Shown piece after piece: positions 33,224 to 43,249 of a stretch of 64,000 bases of DNA. The DNA is from an uncultured Actinomycetes bacterium. GTDB lineage: Bacteria > Actinomycetota > Thermoleophilia > RBG-16-64-13. A program made the translations under genes and the position numbers. Position 1 is the first letter of the stretch, and each line of letters begins with the position of its first letter. The stretch lies in the NCBI GenBank assembly GCA_963706025.1, contig CAVPLM010000005.1, positions 864,001 to 928,000 of the forward strand, written 5' to 3'. The notes under the pieces were generated by a model that made no database searches, was not told the origin of the DNA, and was given only the letters and a program-made list of their open reading frames with translations.

Positions 33224-33937
33224 ATGAGCCTCGGCCCGGACGCGAGCGATAGCATAGGCCAGGCGAACGACAGCATCAGTCTGGACGAGATGAAGAGACA
33301 GGCCGCCCGGGCAGCGTTGGCATACGTGGAGGGCGGCATCATCGGGGTAGGGACCGGTTCGACCGTCGATCACTTCATCGACATCCTCGCCACCGTCAAG
33401 GAGCGTATCGAAGGGGCGGTCTCGAGCTCGGAGGCCTCCACCGCGCGTCTCCTGGGCTACGGAATCCCGGTCTACGACTTGAATGCGGTGGGAGAGCTCG
33501 CCCTGTACGTCGACGGCGCTGATGAAGCCAACGCGGCGCTCCAGCTCATCAAGGGTGGCGGCGGGGCGCTCACCCGGGAGAAGATCGTGGCGGCGACCAG
33601 CCGGCGCTTCGTGTGCATCGCCGACGAAAGCAAGCTGGTCGACGTCCTGGGACGCTTCCCGCTGCCGGTGGAGGTCATCCCCATGGCCAGGAGCCACGTC
33701 GCCCGGGAACTGGTGAAGCTCGGAGGCTCACCGGTGTGGCGCGAGGGCTTCGTGACCGACAACGGCAACGTGATCCTCGACGTCCACGGGCTCGAGATCC
33801 GGGAGCCGGTCGAGTTGGAATGCCGCATCAACGACATCGCCGGCGTGGTCACGGTGGGTCTCTTCGCCATGCGCCCGGCGGACGTCCTCATCCTCGGGAC
33901 GCCAAGCGGTCCGCGGATCCTGGAGCCGCGGATCTAG
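33224..33937 (+). CDS. rpiA: ribose-5-phosphate isomerase A
   Basis: [31 protein letters not shown]. Confidence 0.96.
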   Translation: MSLGPDASDSIGQANDSISLDEMKRQAARAALAYVEGGIIGVGTGSTVDHFIDILATVKERIEGAVSSSEASTARLLGYGIPVYDLNAVGELALYVDGADEANAALQLIKGGGGALTREKIVAATSRRFVCIADESKLVDVLGRFPLPVEVIPMARSHVARELVKLGGSPVWREGFVTDNGNVILDVHGLEIREPVELECRINDIAGVVTVGLFAMRPADVLILGTPSGPRILEPRI

Positions 33938-33965
33938 TGACCGCAGACAGGCGAGAGCGTCACGT

Positions 33966-34016
33966 GAGCGACGGCGCCAGGCGAGCGACGGCGCCAGGCG
34001 GGCGACGGGGCCCGGC
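33966..34016 (+). repeat. 17-bp tandem repeat x3
   Basis: gagcgacggcgccaggc twice plus degenerate gggcgacggggcccggc. Confidence 0.8.
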
Positions 34017-34034
34017 CGAGAAAGGACGAGGGGG

Positions 34035-34616
34035 ATGACCCGGTACGTCTTCGATCCCGAGGAACTGCAGGAGGCCGCCGACCTCGGTCGGGGTCAGCCG
34101 ATGGGCCACAGATGGGACCTCATCTATGACGACCTGCGGCTTCACCACCCCGACTGTCTGCCCCGGGGCTACCGGTGGACCTTCAATACCGCCGGCAACG
34201 TCGTCTGCCAGATCGCTCTCATCTACGCTTCACCGATGGAGTATGTGGCCTTCTTCGGTACTCCCCTGGGCGCGACCGGCTTCTCAGGGCGGTACCCCTG
34301 GGCGGACGTATGGGATCTGATGGTCGATGGCACCATGCGGACGTTCATCCCCGGCCAGTTCGAGCCCACCGTCTACGGACCGGGTGACTCCGCTTATCTC
34401 CCGAGGGGGATGGGGAAAGGGGTCCAGTATGAAGCCCACACCTGGATGATCGACTACGCCCGCGGTCTTCCTGTGACCATGCTGCCGTTCGGAGTGCTGG
34501 CCCCCTGGTTCTTCGTCGCCATGGACGGACGCGCGGCCTGCACCCAGTTGGCGGAGTACGCACGCCTGACAATCGCGAACTTCCGGAGGAAGCCTGCCCC
34601 CGGCCTGCGGCCCTAG
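34035..34616 (+). CDS. ERG2/sigma-1 receptor family protein
   Basis: W.FN.AG, ASPMEY..FFGTPLG..G.SGRY, W..DY.RG..TMLPFG parallel the ERG2/SIGMAR1 motifs. Confidence 0.85.
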   Translation: MTRYVFDPEELQEAADLGRGQPMGHRWDLIYDDLRLHHPDCLPRGYRWTFNTAGNVVCQIALIYASPMEYVAFFGTPLGATGFSGRYPWADVWDLMVDGTMRTFIPGQFEPTVYGPGDSAYLPRGMGKGVQYEAHTWMIDYARGLPVTMLPFGVLAPWFFVAMDGRAACTQLAEYARLTIANFRRKPAPGLRP

Positions 34617-34691
34617 CCGGCGACCCTGGAGGGCGAAGAAGCTCGGCAGGACCCTCTCCGAGACCGATCAGGGCATCTGGCCTCGACCATC

Positions 34692-35468
34692 CTATTTGTC
34701 GCCCAGGCTCTTTGCGTCGCCGGAACTGGATTCGTTCACGTCGGCCTGGGGGCTGCCGTAATACTCGAGGTCGCCGGAGCTGCTCAGGTCGGCCTCGAGC
34801 CGGTCGGTCACCCAGATGATCGCACTACCAGAGGAGCTGAGGCCGACCGTAGCCGAGGAGCTGCGTAGGTCGCCGGCCTCGTAGTCGCCGGAGCTGCTCA
34901 GCCTCGCCTCCTGGCTCGTTACCTGCCCTCCGCCGATCGTCACGCCGCCACTGCTGCTCAGCCTCACCTCCAGGGAGTCGGCCTCGAGCGAGGCCAACTC
35001 GACGTCTCCCGAGCTGGTCACGTCCACGGTCAGATCCCCGGCCGTAAGCGCCGATGCGGTGACGTTGCCGGAGCTCGTCACCTCTATCGATTCCAAGCTC
35101 TTGACGGTCAGGTAGTAGCGGATGGCCTTCTTGGGTCGCAGATCGACATCTTCCGCCTCCTGGATACTGAGCACGCCGCCGCTCACCGTCGTCTCGAGAT
35201 ACTGCAGCAGGTTATCCTCCGCCTCTATCCGCAGCGACTCCTGGTCCCCCACCTCGATGGTCAGGTCGCCCAAGGTTCTCAGAGCGACGCCGCTGATGCC
35301 GCTCACCGGGCGGTCTTCATTGGTGACGTTACCCGATCCGCGCACGTTCTCCCCGTTTCCCCCCACGTCGATCACGCAGGCGGTCACAGCCGCCGCGCAG
35401 AGGATCAGAAGGAGGATCAACAAGAGGACCGGCGTTATCTTGAAGACTGAACGCAGAGACTTGCCCAT
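34692..35468 (-). CDS. DUF2807/head GIN domain lipoprotein
   Basis: VTAC lipobox, RGSGNV..E.R, AEDNLL, repeated SSG motifs. Confidence 0.85.
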   Translation of the reverse strand: MGKSLRSVFKITPVLLLILLLILCAAAVTACVIDVGGNGENVRGSGNVTNEDRPVSGISGVALRTLGDLTIEVGDQESLRIEAEDNLLQYLETTVSGGVLSIQEAEDVDLRPKKAIRYYLTVKSLESIEVTSSGNVTASALTAGDLTVDVTSSGDVELASLEADSLEVRLSSSGGVTIGGGQVTSQEARLSSSGDYEAGDLRSSSATVGLSSSGSAIIWVTDRLEADLSSSGDLEYYGSPQADVNESSSGDAKSLGDK

Positions 35469-35481
35469 GCTCTTCTCTCCT

Positions 35482-36059
35482 TCACTCTCCGTACCCCCGC
35501 CCGACGCTCCAGGCGTCGGCGATGTGCTCCCCCACCGCCCAGTAGCGGTTATCGGGCATGGTCAACACGAACGGCCGCAACTTGACGATGTCGGGCTTGC
35601 CGTCGGGGAGCAGGAAGCGCTCCTCCGTCCACGTGCCCACGATGTCGGCCACGAAAAGCTCGTGGCTGCCCAGGTCGACGGTCTGAAAGAGCCGGCACTC
35701 CAAGCAGAGCGGGCACTCGGCGATCATGGGGGCGTGCTCGAGCGACCCGCGGTACACGGTGAAGGGCGCGCTCTTATCCACCCCGCGGCCGGCCGACTTG
35801 AGGCCACACCAGTCGGTCACCGCCACCTGATCGACACTGGGGATGCAGACGCTGAACTGCCCGTGCTCGCGGATACCGGCGTTGGTGGCGTGTGCCTTGC
35901 CCATGCCGGTGACCAGGCGCGGCGGGTTGAACTGGCAACGGTTGACCCAGGCCACGGCCATGAAGCTGGGGCCACCCTCCAGGTCCGCCCCGACGAGGCT
36001 CATCGGCATCGGGTACAGAAAGCCCTGGGGGCCGAGATCGATCTTGTGGTCGGGTCCAT
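35482..36059 (-). CDS. flavin reductase family protein (frameshift near the 5' end)
   Basis: LYPMP, APMIAECP..LEC, HELFVADI. Confidence 0.85.
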
Positions 36060-36108
36060 GCGCATCCTCCCTTCGGTCGTCGTCTTCGCCGGCGCTCCGC
36101 TCGTCTCG

Positions 36109-36654
36109 CTAGTCCACCAGCAGAAAGGCGTAGCGGTTCATGATCTGCGATCGGTCTGTGAGCACCTCGATCGGGTATCCCAGCTTCCTGGCAGTCGCGA
36201 ACACGTCCATGGCGAGGGCTTCCGGGGTCGGTCGGCGCGATCCCGGGTTGCGGCAGTCGGTGGGGCTGGGGACACACTCCGGGCACAGCGAGCAGTCGCC
36301 CGGGAAGAGGACGACGGTCTTGTAGAAGCCGGCAAGGAACACAGCCCGCTCCAACTCGAGCAGCTTGGTGTTGATGTCGCGCTTCCAACGGTGCAGTTCC
36401 TGCGCGGTATCCCCCGCCTTCTGCAGATGAATGACCAGCACCCGCTCATACTCCCGGAAGAAGTCCCGGCAGTCCGCCACCGAGGGAACGTTGGGCGGGC
36501 AGCACGCCTGGCACCCGTACTCGTCGCAGGCATAGGTGCATTTCAGCCGCACCCACTGGCCCACGACCACATCCGAGCCGGCGGTCCATCGATAGTCGGT
36601 GAACCCCGCCGCCGTCGCCAGTCGCTCGAGAACGTCCATGCCGACTTCGTCCAC
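36109..36654 (-). CDS. DUF2284 predicted metal-binding protein
   Basis: VRLKC...C..YG...CPP, C..C..C, RP.PEA.AMDVF. Confidence 0.85.
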   Translation of the reverse strand: MDEVGMDVLERLATAAGFTDYRWTAGSDVVVGQWVRLKCTYACDEYGCQACCPPNVPSVADCRDFFREYERVLVIHLQKAGDTAQELHRWKRDINTKLLELERAVFLAGFYKTVVLFPGDCSLCPECVPSPTDCRNPGSRRPTPEALAMDVFATARKLGYPIEVLTDRSQIMNRYAFLLVD

Positions 36655-36885
36655 GTATTCATTCTACTGAATGACCCCCGTTCTACAAGAGTCTGTCGAC
36701 GCGCCGCTTCCTGTGACGGTCTCCCCGCTGACCGGGGGTGGTCCCGGCCACTGGATAGAAGCGTTCCGGGCGAAGTCATTGGGAAACCGAACCCAGCCTG
36801 TTGCCTCTTCAGGTCGCCCGCACTACACTGGAACGGGAGGCACCAGACAGTGCGCGGACGAGTAAGACCGACCGTTGTGAGACCG

Positions 36886-38950
36886 ATGGGGCCCGGCATT
36901 ATCCTGGGCGCCGTCGTTTTCCTGAGCGCTTTCCTGGTGATCGCGGCTGTTTCGCTGGCGGTGACGGTGCCGCGCCACTCACTCCCGCAGCCTATACTCC
37001 CGCCGCCTATGCTCCCGCCGCCTGGCCTTCCCCGACGTCCCCGCCTCCCATCCCTACTACGACGCCATCCAGGGCATGGCCGACCAGGCCATCATCGGCG
37101 GTTATGCCAACGGCAACTTCGGTCCCGAGGACCTGGTCATCCGCCAGCAGTTCGCCAAGATGATCGTGCTCACCCTGGGACTACCGGTGATCGGAAGACG
37201 ACTGGCAGGACGCCAGCAAGCCCTTCCTGGATCTGGACCCCGACGACCCGGCCAAGCTCTACCCCCATGAATACGTGGCCGTCTGCGCGCTAAACAACAT
37301 CACCAAGGGCACAAGCGACCCCACCAAGTTTGCGCCCCTTAACAAGATCACCCGCCAACAGGTGATCACCATGGTGGTGCGGGCCGCCGATAACCTGGCC
37401 CCCGGCACCTTGGAAGCGGTACCGGCCGACTGGAACGACGGTGTACTTTCCTACTCCGACCCCACCCACGGGCCCAACATCAAGAAGGCCGAGTACAACG
37501 GTCTGCTCGCCGGCATCCGGGCTTCGCTGGCCACCCCCGGGCTTACCGGCTGGAACACCGGAGCCAACGCCAGCCGGGGCGAGGTGGCCCAGATACTGTG
37601 GAACCTGCTTTCTCTAACGCGGCCCGAGCCGGCTTCCGGCGATCTGCTGCATTTCTGGTGGGAATGGGACGGCCCCTGGAAGAACGCCCACGTGGAGAGC
37701 GTGACCGCTATCGCCGGAGGGCCGGAGATCACGGGCCCGATCTATCGCACGCCCTGGGTAACGGGATCCAGCACCATCGTCGCCACCGGAGAGAACGGTC
37801 ATCTGCTCGTCTACACTGTCGCGGACGGCCGGCACGACTGGAGCCTCGTAGACGTCTCGACGGCGACCGGCCAGACGGTCGCACCCGGTACGCTGGTCGG
37901 ACCCCGCCGCGAGGTCCCCTCGACCGGACCCGCTACCCTCAACATCGCCGCTCTCAACTCCAGCGCTGACCTCCTGCACTTCCACGCAATCGCCGGTGGT
38001 ACCTGGAACTGCGTGAACGTCTCCATGGCCACCGGGCACAAGGTCGCCGCCCTGAGCGAGGACACCGTCGCGGTGATGTCCGGCAGCGCCGTCACCCTGC
38101 ACTTCTTCGGGCGCACTCCCGCCGGTGATCTGATCGACTTCCAGCGCCCGAGCGGCGGCGCCTGGCTGGCGGTGAACGTCTCAGCGGCCACCGGACTGAA
38201 GATCCAGGGCGCGCCCATGTTCTTCTCCGACGACACCCTGACCCCGTCACCCATGCTCACCTGGCCGCCGCCAGCCAGTGCCGGCGGGCTCCCCTACCAA
38301 GCTGCTCCTGTTCCACTGCACCAACAGGGGGGTGTGGAGCGTGGAGGACGTCTCGGCCGGTACCGGCATCAGCTATGGCGGATTCGCGATGAGCACCACG
38401 AAGGACAGCGCGATCGCGAACCGCCTCCTTGTAAGAGCCGCCAATGGCCACCTGTGGGAGCTGCGAGAGAAGCGCGCCGTCGGTGTCCGCCACTTCGGCG
38501 GCCACCGACATCTCCGCGGTCATCGGTGAGACACTTCACGTGGTTGTGCGAGGAGCATACCGTCTTCACCATGCCGACCCATCCGGCAGTGCCTGCCACC
38601 GAAACGCACTTCATGGGAATCAACACTGGCCGGCACCTGGTGGAGTTCTGGGCGGATGCTCAGGGGACCTGGCGGAAGGAGGACCTGTCCGATACCGTCT
38701 CGCAGCCGGTCATCCAGCAGCATCGACTGGTGGTCCACCTCAGCCCCCCGAGCGACACACAGAGGAACAACATGGGGATGAGCCCCGACGGTCATCTGGT
38801 CATCGTCTGGGGAGACCCCGGCACCCGCGCCTGGGAAGCGTTCGATGCCTCGGCCGCCATGGGCTACGAATAGCGGCCGGCTGGCATACCTCATCCTGGG
38901 TCGACGAGCCCGCCAATGACAACCACCTGGTAGCCATCGAGGGGGACTGA
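36886..38950 (+). CDS. secreted SLH-domain protein with C-terminal beta-propeller/lectin-like repeats (several frameshifts)
   Basis: FPDVP..HPY..AI, F.P...IRQQFAKMI, SRGEVAQILWN; repeated W..V(N/D)VS.ATG. Confidence 0.75.
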
Positions 38951-39014
38951 GCCTCTGAGCCTTCGCCGGCTCGGATCGGTGTCGTCCGGATGAATAGGGG
39001 AAGGCGTAGTGGGT

Positions 39015-40208
39015 TCAAGGGCCGAGCGCCGTCCCCGTGCCCCCCTTCGAGCTGCTCAACGTGAGGACGTCGACGGCGGCTATGGCCTCGGTCAGGTCCG
39101 CGCCGACTCCGGTGCGGCCGCCCCCCGGAGGCCCACCCGCCACCGGGGCAAGCGCGGCCAGCACCCGCGCGGTGGCATACGGCGAGGGCTCCTTCTTCTG
39201 ACCGAAGGAGAACTCCTCGAAGCCCTGGTAGCAGGAGCGCGGCGTCACCGTGCCGGTAGCTGGATCGACGTTGTAGGCGATGAGGCAGGCCGCGATCTCG
39301 GCTATCGCCCGCACGTCCTCGGGACGCGAGTCCCCAGCCCGCGCGTCATCGGCCGATGCGTCATCGGCTCGCAACTCGGTTGGAGCCCACAGCTCCGGAT
39401 AGCGCCCCACCGCATCCAGCGCCGTCAGCGCGTTGTACCAAGTAGCCGGCCACTTGACCCGCTTGAACTGCCTCCCGTGCCCGAACATGTAGGGCTTCTC
39501 ACTCCCCCGCTCGAGCCAGGCCCGCAGCGAGACCCGGGCCACGTCGATGAGCCACCCAGGCCGCTCCTCCGCGGGCAGGTAGGAGAACGCCCGCAGAGCC
39601 TGTAGCGTCACCAGCGGGCAGAAGTCCGCCTTGCGCCCGGGCCCGCGAAAGCTACTGGAAGGCTCCGGGCGGCAGGGCCAGGCCCGACCCTGGGCCAGGT
39701 CGGCTAGGTCGGCGCCCATCCGTTCCATGGCCCGCTTGACCCGAGGATCGCCCCTGCGGCCGAACCGCAAGAGCACCTCGACGATCGCGTGACTGTCACA
39801 CAGCAGCGAATGCCACGCCGGCTCGGACGCGCGCAGGCGGCCGAAGCTCTGGAAACGATCCTCCTCGTCCTGGTGGCACAGCATCGCATCGAGGACTCGC
39901 TCGACCCGCGGGTCCTCCCCGGCCGCGATCCCCATGTCCGCCAGGAGCCCGAGAAGATTCGGAGCGTAAAGCGGGCGGTCGTGCCCTGAGATCTCGTTCT
40001 CGGCCTCCCAGTCGGGAAGCCGCCCGAGCAGCGTGCCCACAGCCGGGTCCGCGACGACCGCCGCGTGCGCCGCCACCACCGCGGGGTCGTCTGCGGGCAG
40101 CCCGAGTATCCCCGTGAGCGTCAGCCAGCGCGCTCCCGGCTCAGGAGAAGCCAGGAGCCAGTCCACCGGGTCGGCGCCAAGGAGACGAGTGCGGGTCTGG
40201 GAGTCCAT
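39015..40208 (-). CDS. alpha/alpha-toroid (prenyltransferase/squalene-cyclase-like fold) hypothetical protein
   Basis: DWLL...EP, LADMG, Q..DG-like, P..WYN.L.ALD, KKEPS...T pattern. Confidence 0.6.
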   Translation of the reverse strand: MDSQTRTRLLGADPVDWLLASPEPGARWLTLTGILGLPADDPAVVAAHAAVVADPAVGTLLGRLPDWEAENEISGHDRPLYAPNLLGLLADMGIAAGEDPRVERVLDAMLCHQDEEDRFQSFGRLRASEPAWHSLLCDSHAIVEVLLRFGRRGDPRVKRAMERMGADLADLAQGRAWPCRPEPSSSFRGPGRKADFCPLVTLQALRAFSYLPAEERPGWLIDVARVSLRAWLERGSEKPYMFGHGRQFKRVKWPATWYNALTALDAVGRYPELWAPTELRADDASADDARAGDSRPEDVRAIAEIAACLIAYNVDPATGTVTPRSCYQGFEEFSFGQKKEPSPYATARVLAALAPVAGGPPGGGRTGVGADLTEAIAAVDVLTLSSSKGGTGTALGP

Positions 40209-40496
40209 CAGATGCTTCTCCAGGCCTCCTTCATGGCGCCGGCCCCATCCCCACATCCCCACGCTTCGGCGATATCCTCCCCGACCGCCCAGCGGCGGTT
40301 GTCGAGCGTGGTCAGCGCGAGGGGCCGAAACTTGGTCGTCCTCGGTACGGTCGCGACTTCCCCTTCCATCATACCCGCCTCCGGGCCGGCGCTTTGCATT
40401 CCCCGTGTCCGAGCTTAGGCGGAAGCCATCGCGGGCATAGTTGTCCAGTAGGAGCTGCCCAATGAGAGCTCGTGTCAGGCTCAGCAAGGAGTGGCA

Positions 40497-41105
40497 ATGA
40501 AGATCGGCATAATCGGGGCAGGCACCGTGGGGGTCTCGCTCGCCAACGGGTTGGTCCGCCATGGGCACGAGGTCATGCTCGGCACCCGTGACCTTGCCAA
40601 GCCGGCGGTGAGGGACTTCGTCGCCTCTGGGGGCGGACGCGGCTCGGCCGGCAGCTATTCGGAGGCGGCAGCCTTCGGCGGCGTGGTCATCACCGCCTTC
40701 CCAGGGGCCCTGCTCGACGAGACGCTACCCGCGATCGGGCTGGAGAACCTTGACGGCAAGCTCATCATCGACGCGGTCAACCCGGTGATCCAGCGCGAAG
40801 GCCGGTATGTCCCAGCGTTCGGTGAGGACGAGTCGGCGGCGGAACGGATCCAGCGCGCGGTGCCGACTGCGACCGTGGTCAAGGCTTTCAACACCACCGC
40901 AGCTGCGCGCATGATCGATCCCGACCCGACGGATGGTCCCACAACGATGCCCATCGCCGGCGACGATGCCGCCGCCAAGGCCGTCGTGACCGAGTTGCTC
41001 ACCGACGCGGGCTGGAAGGTACGCGACCTGGGCGGGCTCGAGAAGGCCCGGCGCCTCGAGCAGCAGGTGGCCGACTGGGTACAGCGGACGTTTGCCGGAT
41101 CGTAG
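40497..41105 (+). CDS. NADPH-dependent F420 reductase family protein
   Basis: IGIIGAGTVG, ID..NP, VVKAFNT, GDD..AK. Confidence 0.88.
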   Translation: MKIGIIGAGTVGVSLANGLVRHGHEVMLGTRDLAKPAVRDFVASGGGRGSAGSYSEAAAFGGVVITAFPGALLDETLPAIGLENLDGKLIIDAVNPVIQREGRYVPAFGEDESAAERIQRAVPTATVVKAFNTTAAARMIDPDPTDGPTTMPIAGDDAAAKAVVTELLTDAGWKVRDLGGLEKARRLEQQVADWVQRTFAGS

Positions 41106-41265
41106 CGGCGACCGCGGCGCAACACAGGCCTAGGGTTCGCGCCCGCCGGCGTAGCCCGGTCTTGCGGTACCGCCTCCGAACGGAGCCAGCGCCGGAGCCC
41201 GTGGTACTACTCGACGGCCAAGGCCGAGCGCACGACCGCCTTCCCATTGCTCCCTGAGACCGACC

Positions 41266-43038
41266 TCAGTCGGCCCACCAGAAGGCCGGGGCGATCACCC
41301 TCATCATGTTCCACATCACCTGGGCCACCTCTTGCCGAGGCATCGGGGCGGTCCCATCGGCAGCGACCCCGTCGAGGGGAAGATCGAGGAGCAGGTCGTT
41401 GTACTGGGCGATGCGGGCGTTGGCCTTGTGCTCAGGCAGGAGATCGAGACCCCACGTCTGGGTGAAGGCAGGGGGAACGGGCAGCAGCGCCGAGGGGTGC
41501 AGCCTCTGCACGGCCCGCACGGTCATGGTGACCACGTGGCCCCGCTTGATCTCGGTGTAGGGCTTGAAGCTGCCGTCGTCGTAGCCTTTGACTATCTGGT
41601 TGACATAGGCCGTCCACACGAACTCGTGCGGGTAGAGATTGGTGAGGTCGTCGGCGCCCAGGTCGTTGAAGTTGACCGGTGGGGTCATGTCCTCCAGCAC
41701 GGAGAGACCCAGCGCCCCGTCGATCATCTTGGCGTACTGGGCACGGAGCACCGAGTTCGCCGGCCGGAACTGGGTGGTCCCATCGGTCTGCGGGTAGCCC
41801 CCGATGAGCCTCCGTTCCGCCAGTCCTTGGATGGCCGAGAAGTACGGAGCGCCCACCAGGACGTCATCAAAGAGCGGGAGAGTCACCGAATACACCTGCG
41901 TCCCGGAGCCGGGGCCGGTCGAGAAGACGAGCCTGCCCCGATCTATACGCGGATCGCTCGAAATGGCGACAAACTCGCTCAACTGGATCGTCTGGCGCGT
42001 GACGGTGTCGTAGGCGAACACCGCGGCGCTCTGACCGTCGTACTTCAGCCACGCCACCCAGCGTCCGTCGGTATCGATCCACTCGTCGGAGAGGAGATCG
42101 TTCGTGACCCTGGTGACCTCATCGGTCTTGATGCTGTAGACCCACACCTCCTGGTCTGCGTCGTCACCGGTCGCCCAGGCGATGGTGTTCCCGCGGAACG
42201 CCACGAAGATCTTCCGGCCCGGCGACTCCGCCGCCCCCACCGTCACCGCCGTCCTGCTTGTGAGGTCGAGCATCACGATGTCGGGGTTGCTCGACGGACC
42301 ACTCTCCCAGACCGCCCTTCCCTGGTCGAGGTTCACCCACGTGTACGCCACCGCATCGTCGGTCAGAACTTCCGTCTGCCCCGTGCCGATCGTGTACAGG
42401 AGCACCGAGGCAGGACCGCCGAGCGAAGGATTCTCCCGCATCCAGGCTACATAGCCCCCATCCACCACGGCCCCGTAGTCATGGGCCGGATCCGTGCTCA
42501 GCTTGGCGGCGGCCCCGTTCGCCCAGTTGTACAGGTGGATGTCGGTTTGGCCGCCCGGGGTCGACGAGTCGTTCCAGGCGATGTACTGCCCGTCGGTTGC
42601 GATACCGGCGAACTCAGAAGTGAGGGTCGTGATCAACCTCTCCTCGCCGGTCGCCAGATCGACCCCCCAGATCTTGTACGGCTTGGCCGAGAAATCCACC
42701 CAGACCAAGAGGTCGCCGGCCATAGCGTGGTAGTCGTGGTGGTCCGGCGCACCAACATGGGTGGAGACGACCCGGACTGCTTCGGTGAGCGAGTCGTAGA
42801 CGAACATGGCGTTGCCGGCCGGATCATCCCGAGCTGCGATCCAGGCCACCCGCCCCGCATGGACCGCGACTCCCCCGTTGTTGAGCCCCACGCTGTTGCT
42901 TACTATCTCGGACAAGAACGAGGGGGCAGCCTGGGCCGCGCCTCCGCCGACGCCGCAGACCACCGCGGTCGCCATCACCGCCACCAGTGCCACGACCATG
43001 ACCCAACGTCCCGCAGCCCCACACCTAACGGCTTTCAT
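41266..43038 (-). CDS. secreted TolB-like beta-propeller protein with C-terminal SLH domains
   Basis: Signal peptide AQA; repeated DG..VAW; FDDV...YF.AI, FRP...RAQYAKMI, RQEVAQVMWN. Confidence 0.82.
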   Translation of the reverse strand: MKAVRCGAAGRWVMVVALVAVMATAVVCGVGGGAAQAAPSFLSEIVSNSVGLNNGGVAVHAGRVAWIAARDDPAGNAMFVYDSLTEAVRVVSTHVGAPDHHDYHAMAGDLLVWVDFSAKPYKIWGVDLATGEERLITTLTSEFAGIATDGQYIAWNDSSTPGGQTDIHLYNWANGAAAKLSTDPAHDYGAVVDGGYVAWMRENPSLGGPASVLLYTIGTGQTEVLTDDAVAYTWVNLDQGRAVWESGPSSNPDIVMLDLTSRTAVTVGAAESPGRKIFVAFRGNTIAWATGDDADQEVWVYSIKTDEVTRVTNDLLSDEWIDTDGRWVAWLKYDGQSAAVFAYDTVTRQTIQLSEFVAISSDPRIDRGRLVFSTGPGSGTQVYSVTLPLFDDVLVGAPYFSAIQGLAERRLIGGYPQTDGTTQFRPANSVLRAQYAKMIDGALGLSVLEDMTPPVNFNDLGADDLTNLYPHEFVWTAYVNQIVKGYDDGSFKPYTEIKRGHVVTMTVRAVQRLHPSALLPVPPAFTQTWGLDLLPEHKANARIAQYNDLLLDLPLDGVAADGTAPMPRQEVAQVMWNMMRVIAPAFWWAD

Positions 43039-43131
43039 GGCCACCTCTCTTGTCTCGGGCAGAGTCAGTGCCCTCATCGTACCTGGGAGGGGGACGCCCG
43101 TAAAGCGGGCGCCTCCCATTTCGCGTGGGGC

Positions 43132-43187
43132 TTGTTATACGAACATTTGTTCGTATATAATCACGCTCTCAACAGAACGTATGTTCG
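43132..43187 (+). promoter_or_regulatory. two LexA (Gram-positive/actinobacterial) SOS boxes overlapping a sigma-70 promoter
   Basis: CGAACATTTGTTCG (43140-43153) and AGAACGTATGTTCG (43174-43187); TTGTTA-18-TATAAT flanks box 1. Confidence 0.88.
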
Positions 43188-43249
43188 AAAAACCGACCAG
43201 ATCTTGATTGGATTCTTTTCATATTTATAAAAATGCAACATCTATTGCA

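Noticed and set aside
36670-36850. Riboswitch upstream of the SLH gene
   Set aside because: No match by eye to c-di-GMP, c-di-AMP or other consensus motifs; an Rfam/Infernal scan would be needed
35122-37293. Long 723-aa plus-strand ORF (likewise 41332-43230, 45155-46786, 57795-59129)
   Set aside because: Antisense shadow ORFs of real genes in high-GC DNA; only the last part of 35122-37293 overlaps the true SLH gene start
34035-40208. Sterol/hopanoid pathway made of the ERG2 homolog plus the cyclase-fold protein
   Set aside because: The 39015-40208 protein is short, lacks DXDD/DCTAE and clear QW repeats, and is not operonic with the ERG2 homolog
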